This document shows, piece after piece, positions 42,001 through 51,988 of a stretch of 64,000 nucleotides of DNA (its first letter is position 1; every line of letters begins with the position of its first letter). Below the pieces are notes generated by a model that did not search any database, was not told the DNA's origin, and saw only the letters and a program-made list of their open reading frames with translations. Source of the DNA: an uncultured bacterium (GTDB taxonomy: Bacteria; Patescibacteriota; JACMRA01). The stretch spans positions 1 to 64,000 of the forward strand of contig CAWAQU010000003.1 in the NCBI GenBank assembly GCA_963784355.1. The letters run 5' to 3'. Made by a program: the position numbers and the translations under genes.

Positions 42001-45000
42001 AACCATTATCCGCAAATTTAAACTCATAATTCCAACGGCAGTTTCTGTTAAACTTTACAGTCAGCCCTCCTAGTATTTTATCCTGCCCGTTTTGTCTGCT
42101 ACAGCCCTGGGGGCCAATTTCAATGATCGGTAGTTTTATTTGAGTTTGATTTTTTTGCACTAAATACAATTGCAATCTTTGATTCCTCTCTCCATACCCA
42201 CCCAAAGTGATATAATCTTTTCGTATTACAAATGTATCTACAAGCCTATCTTTTTCCGGAAATTCACCATCAGCCTCTATTCCATTTTTATTATCGCCCC
42301 AATTGTCCAAATTAAACTCAGAAACATCCGGCCTGGTGTTATCAATAAATAACCTGAAATCAAGACTATCTTCTCTAGCTTTTGAACTATAATTTAAAAC
42401 TCCTACAGGATAAATTACTACAGGGGCTCCATCCAATAAAGTTCTATTTTTATCATTAGTAAATATTGTGCTATTACCCGCTAAATCGCTACACTGTATA
42501 AGTGGTTGATAAATCCCTTCACTTTTACGCTCAACATTTATAGACTCTTGAAAAATTTTGGAATCAGTGGAAATTAGAGTTTGAATAAAACTATCTTCTT
42601 TAATCAAATCACAATAATCCATGTATTCTTTAGCTACTAATTTGAAGTCAACTCGATCACCCGTAAATACCCAAGGATTTATACCTTTGTCCGGTACAGA
42701 AGTTTTTACAGACTCCAAACCTAAATTTGTTTTATCGTATACTACCTGTAGTGGTTCGAGAGATTTAGTTGAAGCTTTATCCGACAGGCTAGCCTCTAAA
42801 TCCAAATTATACAGATTTTCAACATCAGGTAAATTAAGTTCTACTTGCCAGATGCCCGTTACAGGTACGATAATCTCAGTAAATAATTTACTACCTGAAT
42901 ATATTTTTAATTTAGCCTCAGGATCAGCCACCCCTGTAAGTCTGATTCTAGTAGAATTTGTATAAAATTTATTTTGAAACTCTTTCATTTCGTAATATTT
43001 ACCCTCACCACTCTTTTTCTCTTGTCTAAGAACCCTGGGGGCTGAGGTAATTCTACCATCCAAAACAAATCCTGCACTTTTTTGATTTATGCTCTCACCT
43101 TTGTAACCTGAAGCCATAACTTCATATTGTCCGCCGCTAAAGAAAAATGGTATGGGATAGTTTTTAATCCAGACACATTCAGTTTGATTGCAATTATTTG
43201 GTTCCAAATCTTTTGGTTTTTTAGGACTATGATCTTTTTTCACTCTAGCATCATTTAATGGATTGAATTTTATATCGTCTTCAACCTGATTATTTATAAC
43301 AGCAATCCGGCCAGTAGGATCAAAAACATCCGTATAGCCCGTACGTTTATCGGTGCCTGGCAATTCCGGCAGATTAGTGTAATCAGCATATTCCAACTTA
43401 AGAGCTTCAGTATTTTGCGATACGGTTGATTTTAGTTGTAGACTACGAATTTGACTGAGGCTAATTTTACCACTCAAAAAATCATCAATTTCCTGCTTAC
43501 TATTTAGGCCCTGAAAAGTAGGAGTAATATTGAAATTTTTTATGCTTTCGGTAGTATCCAAAATAATTTTAATTTCATCAGATTTGGGTGTCTGATTACC
43601 ATAAGCATCTTTAGCTATAGCAGAAATGAAGTAAATTTGATTTGTTACTGAGCTACTAGGCAACACAACAACAGTACTGAAAAAACCGTTTTCATCAACA
43701 TCAGCCGTTTTTACCAAATCACAACTAACTGTATTAGGGCTTAATACTATATCAATGCAAATATCTACAATGGTTTTTCCTCGCAAATAACCACCATAAC
43801 CTGAATTTGGAGTATTCACCGGTGCTTGCCCTTGTATATTAATTACTCCACGTGTGGTAACATAATTATTTCTAGGAGAAGTGATTACAACTTTATCTAA
43901 TAGTTTTGTGTAAGCACTAAAGGTCTGATCCGGCACTTTCACCCGCACTCCATCCGTAGTTTCAACCTCTAAGTCGTAGTCGTAATTTCCATCACTAATC
44001 CAATTATTGTTCCCGTCTTTACCATCAAATTCAATCATAGGTGGAAGAGCGTTTCCTGTAAATTCCCGGACCACTTTATTGGTTGATTTATTGCTGATTT
44101 TCAGATTGTATTTCTGAATTTGAGCTATATCAGCCGGGTTGTTCGGATTTACTAAGTTGGTAGCAAAAAATATTCCATCTTGTCTTCCGTCGCCATTTGG
44201 AGATATATTAGTTAAATCAGGGTTAATACTTAAATTAATGGAATACAAATCTACATTTAAAATAATCTCACTTTCCAAAGCATTGGAAGCAGGATCAATT
44301 AATTTAACAAGGTTCCTATTTATAGCCTTTTTAGGTGAATTATTAGGGTTTATTGTACTACTAGTGTAATTAGTCTTTTGCAGTAAGTTAATTTTGAATT
44401 TACAAACAGATACCGGGCTAGTTTCCGGATTTTGATCGATATCTAATAAATCGTCGCAAATTACCGACAGTTTTTCAGACTCTGTAGTGAATGTTCTTAG
44501 ACTAACATTTTTATCATTCAAATCAAATTCGTTCGGTAAAGTATTATTTGCCTCAGGTTCTAATTTAAACACAATTTTCCTACCCAATAGGTCATTGCTG
44601 ATTTCAACTGTAGAGCCTTTCTCACCTGCTCCTTCAAAACCATTTAAACTATGATTTACAATAGCTTGATTTATTGGAGATTTATTTTGTAGATAGGTGT
44701 GAGTATCAATTACAAATTCGTTATCTAAATTTTGTATTTTATCAGCCACAGGTTGATTTTCAGGGTTACATTTAAACTCCGGTAAAATCGCAGTGTATTG
44801 TTGGTCGTTTTTGTTGCAAACAGCATTCCCGGCTTTATCTTTAATTTTCAGATAAACTTTGTACTTACCGTCAGGCTGCAGATTATTTAGTTGTATCTGG
44901 CAGTTTACTAAATTCTGAGTACCACCAGCTTGCACACAATTTAAATCATCAGCCAACTTCGGATTGCCATTTGTTAGATTGTTTCCGTCATTATATAAGG

Positions 45001-48000
45001 GTATTTCCTTCCAAGTTTGCCCATCTAAATTTTGCAACAGGGAAACATGATAGCCTTTTGGATTTGTTCCTAAGTGAAAACCTGAAGTTTGAGACAAATC
45101 ACCAATCAGATCGGGATCTTGAATTTGAAACTGGATTTTCGGATTTTTATTATTATCTGCATTTTTTAATAGACCACTTGGTTCAATTTTCAAAATTTCC
45201 GGATTGATTTGCTCAAAATTTATTTTTAACTCAGTTTCAGGATTTGCAACAGGGTTACCTATTTTATCAATTTTATTACCTGTTCCATCGGTAGTTCTAA
45301 ATTTAAAAACATTTTGCCCGAACTCAAGTACTTTTGAAATATTAAAATTTTTGTATTCATCCACTTTTTCAGTAATATCTTGCCAAATTTCGAGTAAATT
45401 TCCGCTTACATCCGATTTAGCTATTTCCAATTTAGCTCCCTCTTCGATCACAAAATCTTTATCTTGTTTATCAGGCTGATTAAACCCTGCTACAGCTCCC
45501 TGAATATTCTGATCAGGATTATTGACCCAGGAATTGTTTTTTGGCTCCACAATAGCAATGTTGGCCCCTGTATCGTCTAAAACTAGATTGAGATTGGCTT
45601 GGGATTGAGTGGTGTCATTTGTTTGCCCTGCTTTGTCGTAAACTACAATTTGTAAATTATATGCACCATCAATCGCAAAATTGCCATCATCTCTTTTTCC
45701 GTCCCATACAAAAGAAATATTTCCTGTTGTAGAGTTGGCTGGAGCAAAGTTTGGATCACTGAAATCGCAGTTTTGTAATTGTTTTTCGTTAATATTACAA
45801 ATGGTAACAGTTTTGATAATGTTGTTTTGACTATCCTTGATTTTCAACTCACTTCGGGCAAAGTTTTTTTCGCTATATTCGAAATTTACATTTATTTTAT
45901 CTTTTATACCACTACTGGTAGTATTGCCCGGTGAGAATCTCTGCAAATCCAGCTTGGAGTCGGTAATTACAGGTAAAGTTGCATCTTGGGTAGAACTCAC
46001 TACTTTGGACCATGCTGAAATGTTGCCGTAATTGGGGGAATTATTCAGGCTTCGATCTCTGGCTTTTGCTCTATAATAGTAAGTTTGCGCATCCTCAAGC
46101 CCCGGAATTTCAAAAGAAACAGGCTGTGATACACCGTTAATTATACTTCCGTTTGTTTGGAATATACCTAATTTTTTGCTGTTATCTTGGAAACTTGAAT
46201 CCTGAGACACTTCTAAAAAATAGACAATATTGTCCGGTGAAGCTATATTATCACTAGAATTTTTATTCAATTTAAGCTCAATTTGATTCCCGGGTGAAAA
46301 TTCAGGCAAATTCGGCACATCCGGAATTTCCGGCGGAGTAGTATCAACTTTGATAAATTTAGAAGGAGTGGAATTTGCATTACTTTCAGTATTGTATTCA
46401 TCTCGTAAAACCGGACGCCAGTAATAACTTCCATCACCCACAACACGCCCAAAATCAGCCTGATTATAGTAGTATCCTGGTTGCCACAAATAGGGGTTGT
46501 TCAAATCCCACCAATTTTGGTTATTCTGAGATAATTGGATTTTTGCAGTAGCTTTGTTATTAATGTCATTATTTTGATGATCTCCATCTTGAATATTTCC
46601 TACCCTAAAATTCACTTGCATGTTTCCACCACATTGCCCACTAGCTGGATTGACAGATTGATCGCAATTTCCTATTAAATCAGAGTTATTATCAGGCGTA
46701 ATAGGTTGTGCCGGAGCCGGGGGGAAATTGGATTCATATTCTAAAACAGGTGGAGTACTAAAACCATTACAGGGTGCCAAATCAGTATTTTTCTGACAAA
46801 AGACTACACCTTTATACTCATCTTCGTTGTAAGATTTCAAGCCCAAAACCACTTTATTTGTGCCCAGTTGGGTATTTACTAAATCTTTAATATCACTACT
46901 TTCTCGCACAGATATTTGAGCGTTGCTATTGTATTGAGGAAAATTTAAATTGCCGTAACTTGAACCTAAACTAGGTTGATTTGCCCAGCTAGTACTATTT
47001 TCAGAAAAATTATCTCCATTTACTCTAAAAATACCTGCACTAAAAGGACCACTGGTAGTACCGTAATGACTTACCTTTAACTTTGCCGAGATTACAGGAA
47101 CTTCCGGACCTGCAAATTTTAGAAAAGTTCGGCTGTCCATATACCACGGCTGTCCAGGAACTGTCACTTCATGATAATTTCCAACTACTCTAGGTTTTTT
47201 GAAATATTGTGGCGTGGTAGCCGTTGAACTCACAAAAGTATCTTCAGTTGGTGTTTTTACCTCAATTCCAGGATCAATCACAATCGGAAATGTTCTATCT
47301 TTGGAATATAAAAACTCTTGATTTGGCATGATACTCAAACTTTTACTAGTCTGATCAAACTCTATCTTTTCCTCTTTGCTATCAAGCTTTCCATCAAAAA
47401 TGACTGCCTGATTTAACTTTATTTCTTGAGCAAGATTATTGAATTTAAGGTTATTTTGTTTTGAAAAATCCAATTGCTTGTTTGTAGTTATTTCAAATAC
47501 CAACTTACTCAAATCATTATTTAAAGCTTGGAAGTTATTCAAAATTAATTCTTTGACAAACCCTTCAGACTGAACAGTAAATTTTAAATCAATATCAGGC
47601 AAAACTTGCTTATAAACAATGCTATTTTTGGTAATTATGGGAGGTTGTTGGCTTATCAATTGCTGTTTACCCACAAAAATTTTAGAAATATTGTACTCTA
47701 AATCTTGAGTTTTGAAACTTACCCCATTTTCTAGATTATTACTGAAGTAAACTTTAAAGTCATTGGCTTTGTTTTCAAAATCCCAGTTTTTTTGACTACT
47801 TGGCACAATGGAATTATCAACCTCCAACCAATTAGTATTTGATTTGAAGTGAACTTTGTCAGCAAAAGACTGAGTTTTATATCTGTAACCAAGAGGCTTG
47901 CCGGTATCTACAATTTTAAAAATTTTAGTAGTAGAAGTCCGCAACTCCAAAATTTCTTCCTGTACCCCTTCCAAAGATTTTTGATTGGCAAATACTGGTA

Positions 48001-48097
48001 AATTTGGTAGAAAGATTTGACCTAAGAGCAAAACTGATATCAAACTTAATAGTACCGATTTTAATATATTCTCGGTGCTCTTTTTTAAAGCAAACAT
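39074..48097 (-). CDS. ~3000-aa secreted protein: WapA/Rhs-like N-terminus, DNRLRE-like, Ig/FN3/FlgD-Ig repeats, M23 peptidase, C-terminal alpha/beta lipase
   Basis: Signal peptide; FPIVIDP..DTFV; many D.AGN/DT.P.P; ISPNGDG; HTGVD...HLHFEI; THGW, DWS, GHSLG, LDP. Confidence 0.85.
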   Translation of the reverse strand: MFALKKSTENILKSVLLSLISVLLLGQIFLPNLPVFANQKSLEGVQEEILELRTSTTKIFKIVDTGKPLGYRYKTQSFADKVHFKSNTNWLEVDNSIVPSSQKNWDFENKANDFKVYFSNNLENGVSFKTQDLEYNISKIFVGKQQLISQQPPIITKNSIVYKQVLPDIDLKFTVQSEGFVKELILNNFQALNNDLSKLVFEITTNKQLDFSKQNNLKFNNLAQEIKLNQAVIFDGKLDSKEEKIEFDQTSKSLSIMPNQEFLYSKDRTFPIVIDPGIEVKTPTEDTFVSSTATTPQYFKKPRVVGNYHEVTVPGQPWYMDSRTFLKFAGPEVPVISAKLKVSHYGTTSGPFSAGIFRVNGDNFSENSTSWANQPSLGSSYGNLNFPQYNSNAQISVRESSDIKDLVNTQLGTNKVVLGLKSYNEDEYKGVVFCQKNTDLAPCNGFSTPPVLEYESNFPPAPAQPITPDNNSDLIGNCDQSVNPASGQCGGNMQVNFRVGNIQDGDHQNNDINNKATAKIQLSQNNQNWWDLNNPYLWQPGYYYNQADFGRVVGDGSYYWRPVLRDEYNTESNANSTPSKFIKVDTTPPEIPDVPNLPEFSPGNQIELKLNKNSSDNIASPDNIVYFLEVSQDSSFQDNSKKLGIFQTNGSIINGVSQPVSFEIPGLEDAQTYYYRAKARDRSLNNSPNYGNISAWSKVVSSTQDATLPVITDSKLDLQRFSPGNTTSSGIKDKINVNFEYSEKNFARSELKIKDSQNNIIKTVTICNINEKQLQNCDFSDPNFAPANSTTGNISFVWDGKRDDGNFAIDGAYNLQIVVYDKAGQTNDTTQSQANLNLVLDDTGANIAIVEPKNNSWVNNPDQNIQGAVAGFNQPDKQDKDFVIEEGAKLEIAKSDVSGNLLEIWQDITEKVDEYKNFNISKVLEFGQNVFKFRTTDGTGNKIDKIGNPVANPETELKINFEQINPEILKIEPSGLLKNADNNKNPKIQFQIQDPDLIGDLSQTSGFHLGTNPKGYHVSLLQNLDGQTWKEIPLYNDGNNLTNGNPKLADDLNCVQAGGTQNLVNCQIQLNNLQPDGKYKVYLKIKDKAGNAVCNKNDQQYTAILPEFKCNPENQPVADKIQNLDNEFVIDTHTYLQNKSPINQAIVNHSLNGFEGAGEKGSTVEISNDLLGRKIVFKLEPEANNTLPNEFDLNDKNVSLRTFTTESEKLSVICDDLLDIDQNPETSPVSVCKFKINLLQKTNYTSSTINPNNSPKKAINRNLVKLIDPASNALESEIILNVDLYSINLSINPDLTNISPNGDGRQDGIFFATNLVNPNNPADIAQIQKYNLKISNKSTNKVVREFTGNALPPMIEFDGKDGNNNWISDGNYDYDLEVETTDGVRVKVPDQTFSAYTKLLDKVVITSPRNNYVTTRGVINIQGQAPVNTPNSGYGGYLRGKTIVDICIDIVLSPNTVSCDLVKTADVDENGFFSTVVVLPSSSVTNQIYFISAIAKDAYGNQTPKSDEIKIILDTTESIKNFNITPTFQGLNSKQEIDDFLSGKISLSQIRSLQLKSTVSQNTEALKLEYADYTNLPELPGTDKRTGYTDVFDPTGRIAVINNQVEDDIKFNPLNDARVKKDHSPKKPKDLEPNNCNQTECVWIKNYPIPFFFSGGQYEVMASGYKGESINQKSAGFVLDGRITSAPRVLRQEKKSGEGKYYEMKEFQNKFYTNSTRIRLTGVADPEAKLKIYSGSKLFTEIIVPVTGIWQVELNLPDVENLYNLDLEASLSDKASTKSLEPLQVVYDKTNLGLESVKTSVPDKGINPWVFTGDRVDFKLVAKEYMDYCDLIKEDSFIQTLISTDSKIFQESINVERKSEGIYQPLIQCSDLAGNSTIFTNDKNRTLLDGAPVVIYPVGVLNYSSKAREDSLDFRLFIDNTRPDVSEFNLDNWGDNKNGIEADGEFPEKDRLVDTFVIRKDYITLGGYGERNQRLQLYLVQKNQTQIKLPIIEIGPQGCSRQNGQDKILGGLTVKFNRNCRWNYEFKFADNGLSPLGIPQNWYVLQGQVIDLAGNTSDFNKSLTIYHDADAPKNHLMKNITSVNFGPIIDYPQKGITRDIQIKLDHEGERQADMEYEIIRQENDRMRQTVFRNGADGYGNAVLNLGLQRRDDEVSNCTRIIDTRRLGICQDGNYLVKMRAVDTAGNAGSWLETRLERDTVAPRKPTLDLDTTGDILAQFISLQIKGEKDVKADIAITNSKGGVSNLNVTLNNQGIYENTDLVGQLQCGKTEYVITVKLIDRAGNISDESVKKITTKECPKCGYGGNDGVYKKPLHSEDAYVGFPYGYSQQYFNKTKYHTGVDYNGVLPGEPVYPAAAGVVLKTVFGFTESDKGQYDDTGRLIDTANYVLIDHGNNITSLYVHLQHEKNPLVKPGDVVDTNTIIGRVGNTGNSTGAHLHFEIRKKNRAVNPTTYLGKEKDNLTPEQFQKFCVKAGEGGQEDLENWFYDNKGADVITVDFDKNWLGSGGTFRGIDFPAPKITKVVKVSEITGESSAKYRVFAVAPAKDQEIKIRLFDKDKIVEEKYEKLQSSKWIGRKNTIQLFDENITSEQENTNSSGRFSFDVETRWSSDPNNRGDKVTMQDEIWFDSKIFHETECFGGSCKLPDRSTYWKNEKSSNRIRLDKDLSRLPEYGEGVERTFTVKGDRSDTGGVLKNGDSNIGREGDIVDRNQRRIKLKFLDDEDRNMYNFGYEQGKKVWVVTHGWDDEPVGEFEKIGRNIKAEYPDDIVLLLDWSEASNNDKGQCIFGTNCPTGVARAATWIGPVADKTVEKLREWGLSDGDNLKVVGHSLGSILSGEMAERFGKKPDLIALDPPAEVAGKYNVYLNPDQKRKDFKEYSDFSRAFVGKRSLAGNQEYAKSASESFRMDFGSLYDTGSEHGWVVQSWQRMNREKAILGDIDLVLDIKDFDLHNNWQKEKIDTCYKFVIIPYECKKQAYDGHNGSLIINKPNSIDQLKVIINDRESTYYPK

Positions 48098-48227
48098 AAA
48101 CTGTAACAAAAAATTAATTGTACATATTAAGCACAAAAAAACATTCTTTGCAACACCCTAAGTGTAGCATTGTATAAATAAAATAGATTTTTTGAAGTGT
48201 AAAATAAAATTCACAAATTCAAACACC

Positions 48228-48372
48228 CATATTTTTAAAGCCTGCTCACACACATTTCACTTAAAATGATACATATATATGTCTTGACAAGAGATTATAT
48301 AATAAATAGGCACAGTTAGCTCGAATTTCTGTACAGATTCTTAGCTTTTTATAATATATTTGTTTTATACAT
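48228..48372 (+). promoter_or_regulatory. Conserved precursor upstream region (paralog ~35796..35945 on - strand)
   Basis: TTGACA and the palindrome TCTGTACAGA (48328 / 35832) are conserved in both copies. Confidence 0.65.
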
Positions 48373-49746
48373 ATGTTCACACTCAAACCTCTCAAGCTCG
48401 CAACAGCGGTCACCGCATTTTTTCTTGCTTTTTCCACCCTTGCGGCTCCAGTATCAAGTTTGTTCTCAGTTCAAACTCAAGCAGATACTTTATCAGCTAT
48501 TAACAGCCCTGAAGCATATTTAACTGTTAATGGTAAAACAAATTCAAATGGTACAGTGGAAGGTTATGCTAGCTATGGTTACTTAACTAGTAAATTACCC
48601 ATTAGTACTGATTATGCAGTAAGTGGATTATCAATTGCAGTAAATGGTATTATTAAAGGTGAGACGCTTAACCTAGCTTGTGATTTAGAAACACCTAAAG
48701 TAATATCTGAAGTAACAGATTATTGTAGTGATAATTTTTACAATCAATTATTGGCTTTAGAAAATTTGAATAATAACAAAGGCTTAGATAAAGCTAAACA
48801 AATCAAACCTGTACTGAAGAATACAGATAGCAACAAACTCCAAGAATCCAAAAAAGATGTTAAGAAAAAGAATTTATTAGAGAAGCTACTCTCAAACAAC
48901 AGCTCTTCAAACAGTGTAAAAATCAGCTCTTTGTCACTTCAAGGAAGTATTAAAATACTTGAAACAATTAAAACACAAATTAGTAAAGATTTTAATAAGG
49001 CTACAGTAGAAATACAATATACTACTACTCAAGAGTTAAAGATTCAACAAAAACTTATTGAAGATAAAATTAATGATAAGGTTACTAAAGAAAAGAAATC
49101 TAAGGAGCAAGCTACAGTAGAAGTTTTAGACCAGTACTTAAAACAATTTTCAGCAAATCAGCAAAATGGTAACTTAGGTAATATTTCTAAAAAAACAGTA
49201 GAAAAGGTAGAATCTATTAAAACTATTGATGAGAACACAGGTAATGTTGTTTTATCTCAAGATAAGCTAAACAAGCTGAAATTAGCTAAAGTTGAAGAAA
49301 ATTCTGTAAAACAAGCTATTACTGAATTTAATAAGTTATCAATAGCGCAAAAAAGTAATTTAAATAATGTTTTAAATGAAGAGGGTAAGAATATTACTAG
49401 TGGAGTTAATAACAAAACAGCTTTAGTAAGTGGTTTGGTTGGTGGGGTTAAGGCTGAAGCAGGCTGGTGTAGTAGTTATGTACCTTTGTATTGGTATTGG
49501 TGGGGCGTAGATGCTCATATTACACAATGTAATATTGATACGTTTAATTGGGTTGGTGGTGGATATGCTACCATTATGGGTGCATTAGCCGCAACACCAT
49601 GTGGATGGTTTTGTGGTACACTAGCCATTATAATGGGTTTGGAATTAGGATATATTAACTGGTTAAATAGTAGATGTGGTGGAAATGGAGTTATGCTACA
49701 CTATGTATATAGAGGCCCTGTTTATTGGTTCTGGACTGTTTGTTAA
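48373..49746 (+). CDS. Secreted prepro-protein with Cys/WWG bacteriocin-like C-terminal domain (cassette B)
   Basis: Pro-region near-identical to 34425..35795; VKAEA followed by a different 94-aa tail. Confidence 0.7.
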   Translation: MFTLKPLKLATAVTAFFLAFSTLAAPVSSLFSVQTQADTLSAINSPEAYLTVNGKTNSNGTVEGYASYGYLTSKLPISTDYAVSGLSIAVNGIIKGETLNLACDLETPKVISEVTDYCSDNFYNQLLALENLNNNKGLDKAKQIKPVLKNTDSNKLQESKKDVKKKNLLEKLLSNNSSSNSVKISSLSLQGSIKILETIKTQISKDFNKATVEIQYTTTQELKIQQKLIEDKINDKVTKEKKSKEQATVEVLDQYLKQFSANQQNGNLGNISKKTVEKVESIKTIDENTGNVVLSQDKLNKLKLAKVEENSVKQAITEFNKLSIAQKSNLNNVLNEEGKNITSGVNNKTALVSGLVGGVKAEAGWCSSYVPLYWYWWGVDAHITQCNIDTFNWVGGGYATIMGALAATPCGWFCGTLAIIMGLELGYINWLNSRCGGNGVMLHYVYRGPVYWFWTVC

Positions 49747-49773
49747 TAATCTTTCATTATCTTTTATATTATT

Positions 49774-49974
49774 ATGTCTGAATTTTTTCTTTATTTCTTT
49801 ACTGATGGCATGCCATTTACTATGATAATAGCTATAAATGTCTTAATCACAATTCCGTTGCTACCTAGATTTAAAAATGATAAAGACAAACAGATACAAA
49901 TCTACAGATTAGGTTTACCTATGTTAACCTTTTTGTATGTAGTTTACTTCGGAGTAAAGGCTTTTACAAAATAA
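49774..49974 (+). CDS. 66-aa two-TM protein, putative cognate immunity protein
   Basis: Directly downstream of the precursor; TM-RFKNDKDK-TM. Confidence 0.7.
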   Translation: MSEFFLYFFTDGMPFTMIIAINVLITIPLLPRFKNDKDKQIQIYRLGLPMLTFLYVVYFGVKAFTK

Positions 49975-50010
49975 AGAGTAGGTAAAGTATAACCTTGCAT
50001 AGATATTGAG

Positions 50011-50041
50011 GTGGGTTTAACACGTTTAAGCCCACTTTTTT
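50011..50041 (+). terminator. Rho-independent terminator (cassette B)
   Basis: GTGGGTTTAAC-ACG-TTTAAGCCCAC-T6. Confidence 0.8.
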
Positions 50042-50060
50042 GTATTGTAGAGATTTTATC

Positions 50061-51272
50061 CTAAATTTTTTTTGCTTCAGATAAAATTAGTACATGTGAC
50101 AAATCTCTTTCTAAAGCAACATTAATTATTTGTAAGTCCGATTTATCAAAATCAGAAACAACCTCCTCCAAATGGGTCATTTCATGCTTCCAAATATTAA
50201 TTTCTTGCCCTTTTGTTAATGATACTCTCTTTTCTTTGTTAAATACTTTGAAATGAATAGTATAATCTTTATCTAATTTCAAATTAAGCATTCTATTATT
50301 TGTGTTGTTATCAAATTTTGAAATTAATTCGCAATTTTTTATATCAATACCCAATAATTCTGGTATCCAAGTATTTTGACTATCTGCCTTTGGATTTTTT
50401 ACATAGCTAAAATCAACTCGATTTGATAATGAATCTAAAGTATTACTAATCATCAGTAAATCATATCGATCCATGCCTTGTCGAAAATTTTTGAGTACTT
50501 TGAGCTTATCTTCATGCATTCCGATCATACTACCCAAGTACAGCACTATATTTATATTTTTGGATCCATCTAGCTCTTCTTTTAGTGGGGTAAATATACC
50601 GTCAAAATAGGTCTTTTCTACGTCACATTCATAGCTTATAAATTCTATTTCAGGAAACCATTCGTTTATATTCCTTTTGGATATTTCATTCATTTGATTA
50701 CTTACATCAACTGCAATATATCTTTTTACTACGATATTTTTAGTTAATTGTGTAAGCCACTTTTTAACAGGATGTGAATTGCCTTGTCCGATATCAATAA
50801 TATTGATACTTTCAACGTCTTTAAGTTTGTATTTAAGATAATCTAGAGTACTGTCTAATAAATTCATTACTCTTCTAGGTGTAGGATAATCCCCGTCTAT
50901 AGCATTTAAATTGTAGTAATTATCCCAAACTTCTGCACCATCGTCAACAAAGGTAAATTTGTTTGGAATTTCACATTTTAATTCAAGATGATTTATCATC
51001 TCCCATATTGCTTCATTGCTGAAAATATCGAAAAACTTTTGATCTGGATGAACATCAAAATGTAAATCACCTCTTCTATGTTTTCTACCTTCCTCGCGAA
51101 GCTTAGATAATTCTAAATCATTATGGATATTGTCTATAATATAAACTTTATTGTTCACCTTCTCAAGTTGTAAATTATTTTTTTTATCTATACTTTTTTG
51201 TATCCAAATTGCTACTGTTGCTTTAGAAACGTTATATTTTAGTGCTACATCAGTATTCTTAATTATGCTCAT
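50061..51272 (-). CDS. N-terminal HTH + EgtD-like SAM methyltransferase fusion (cassette B)
   Basis: KYNVSKATVAIWI; KFTF...G...W; DIGQGN; VDVS; LYLGSMIG. Confidence 0.75.
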   Translation of the reverse strand: MSIIKNTDVALKYNVSKATVAIWIQKSIDKKNNLQLEKVNNKVYIIDNIHNDLELSKLREEGRKHRRGDLHFDVHPDQKFFDIFSNEAIWEMINHLELKCEIPNKFTFVDDGAEVWDNYYNLNAIDGDYPTPRRVMNLLDSTLDYLKYKLKDVESINIIDIGQGNSHPVKKWLTQLTKNIVVKRYIAVDVSNQMNEISKRNINEWFPEIEFISYECDVEKTYFDGIFTPLKEELDGSKNINIVLYLGSMIGMHEDKLKVLKNFRQGMDRYDLLMISNTLDSLSNRVDFSYVKNPKADSQNTWIPELLGIDIKNCELISKFDNNTNNRMLNLKLDKDYTIHFKVFNKEKRVSLTKGQEINIWKHEMTHLEEVVSDFDKSDLQIINVALERDLSHVLILSEAKKI

Positions 51273-51365
51273 ATTATTATTAACTTGACAAAAGATAAAT
51301 TTTTTAGTTTATGTTATACGCTTAAATTTTAAGTACAAATTTTTTAAAATCAACTTTTAATCACT

Positions 51366-51554
51366 ATGCCTATTAAAGGGTTAGGCGTAACTTTGCTCAA
51401 AAAAGCCGAAAGTAAAGCTAAAAAAACTAGTTCTTTGATGACTATGCTTAAAGAATTTGAGCTAATGTATAATTTGTCTCCAAAACTAACTGTAAAACAA
51501 ATCAACACACTAAAACTACACTTTAAGCAAATTGTCAAAGGTAGAAACAACTAA
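51366..51554 (+). CDS. 62-aa basic protein (cassette B)
   Basis: Paralog of 32213..32380. Confidence 0.7.
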   Translation: MPIKGLGVTLLKKAESKAKKTSSLMTMLKEFELMYNLSPKLTVKQINTLKLHFKQIVKGRNN

Positions 51555-51578
51555 AACAAGTATCATATTTAGCAGCTT

Positions 51579-51734
51579 ATGTCAAAAAACTTTTATATCA
51601 TAAATGAAGGACTCGAGATAATCAAATCATTTAGATTAATCTACTGGGTTTTGATAATCGTTATTGCTGCTATTTTAGCCCTTTTGTTTTCCCCAGATGG
51701 ATATTTCAACATTTATAAACTATTTACTAATTAA
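51579..51734 (+). CDS. 51-aa single-TM protein (cassette B)
   Basis: MSKNFYIINEGLEIIKSFRLIYWVLIIVIAAILALLFSPDGYFNIYKLFTN. Confidence 0.75.
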   Translation: MSKNFYIINEGLEIIKSFRLIYWVLIIVIAAILALLFSPDGYFNIYKLFTN

Positions 51735-51738
51735 ACGC

Positions 51739-51966
51739 ATGCCTAAGTATTACAAATATACTTCTTTATTTGGACAATCTGTAAAACTATTAAGGTTACA
51801 GCAAAACCTGACTCAGGCTGATTTAGCAAATAGAATGGGTACTAATCGCAATTATATAGTAGCAGTTGAAAAAGGGAAAGGTAACCCCACCCTTACAAAA
51901 ATTATAGATTTTGCATATGCTTTAGAAATTAGAACTTTAATTCTGCTTAGTTTTTTAGATGATTGA
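51739..51966 (+). CDS. XRE-family HTH regulator (cassette B)
   Basis: 75 aa from ATG at 51739; paralog of 31296..31523. Confidence 0.9.
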   Translation: MPKYYKYTSLFGQSVKLLRLQQNLTQADLANRMGTNRNYIVAVEKGKGNPTLTKIIDFAYALEIRTLILLSFLDD

Positions 51967-51988
51967 GGGGCTGTTTTATTTGGTGCTG

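Noticed and set aside
39222-46452. Short ORFs overlapping the giant gene (and similar ones within umuC, parA, virD4, gyrA, thrS)
   Set aside because: Antisense or alternate-frame shadows with no recognisable motifs.
34425-49746. DGR template/variable repeat pair
   Set aside because: No reverse transcriptase in the window; differences include indels and are not adenine-specific.
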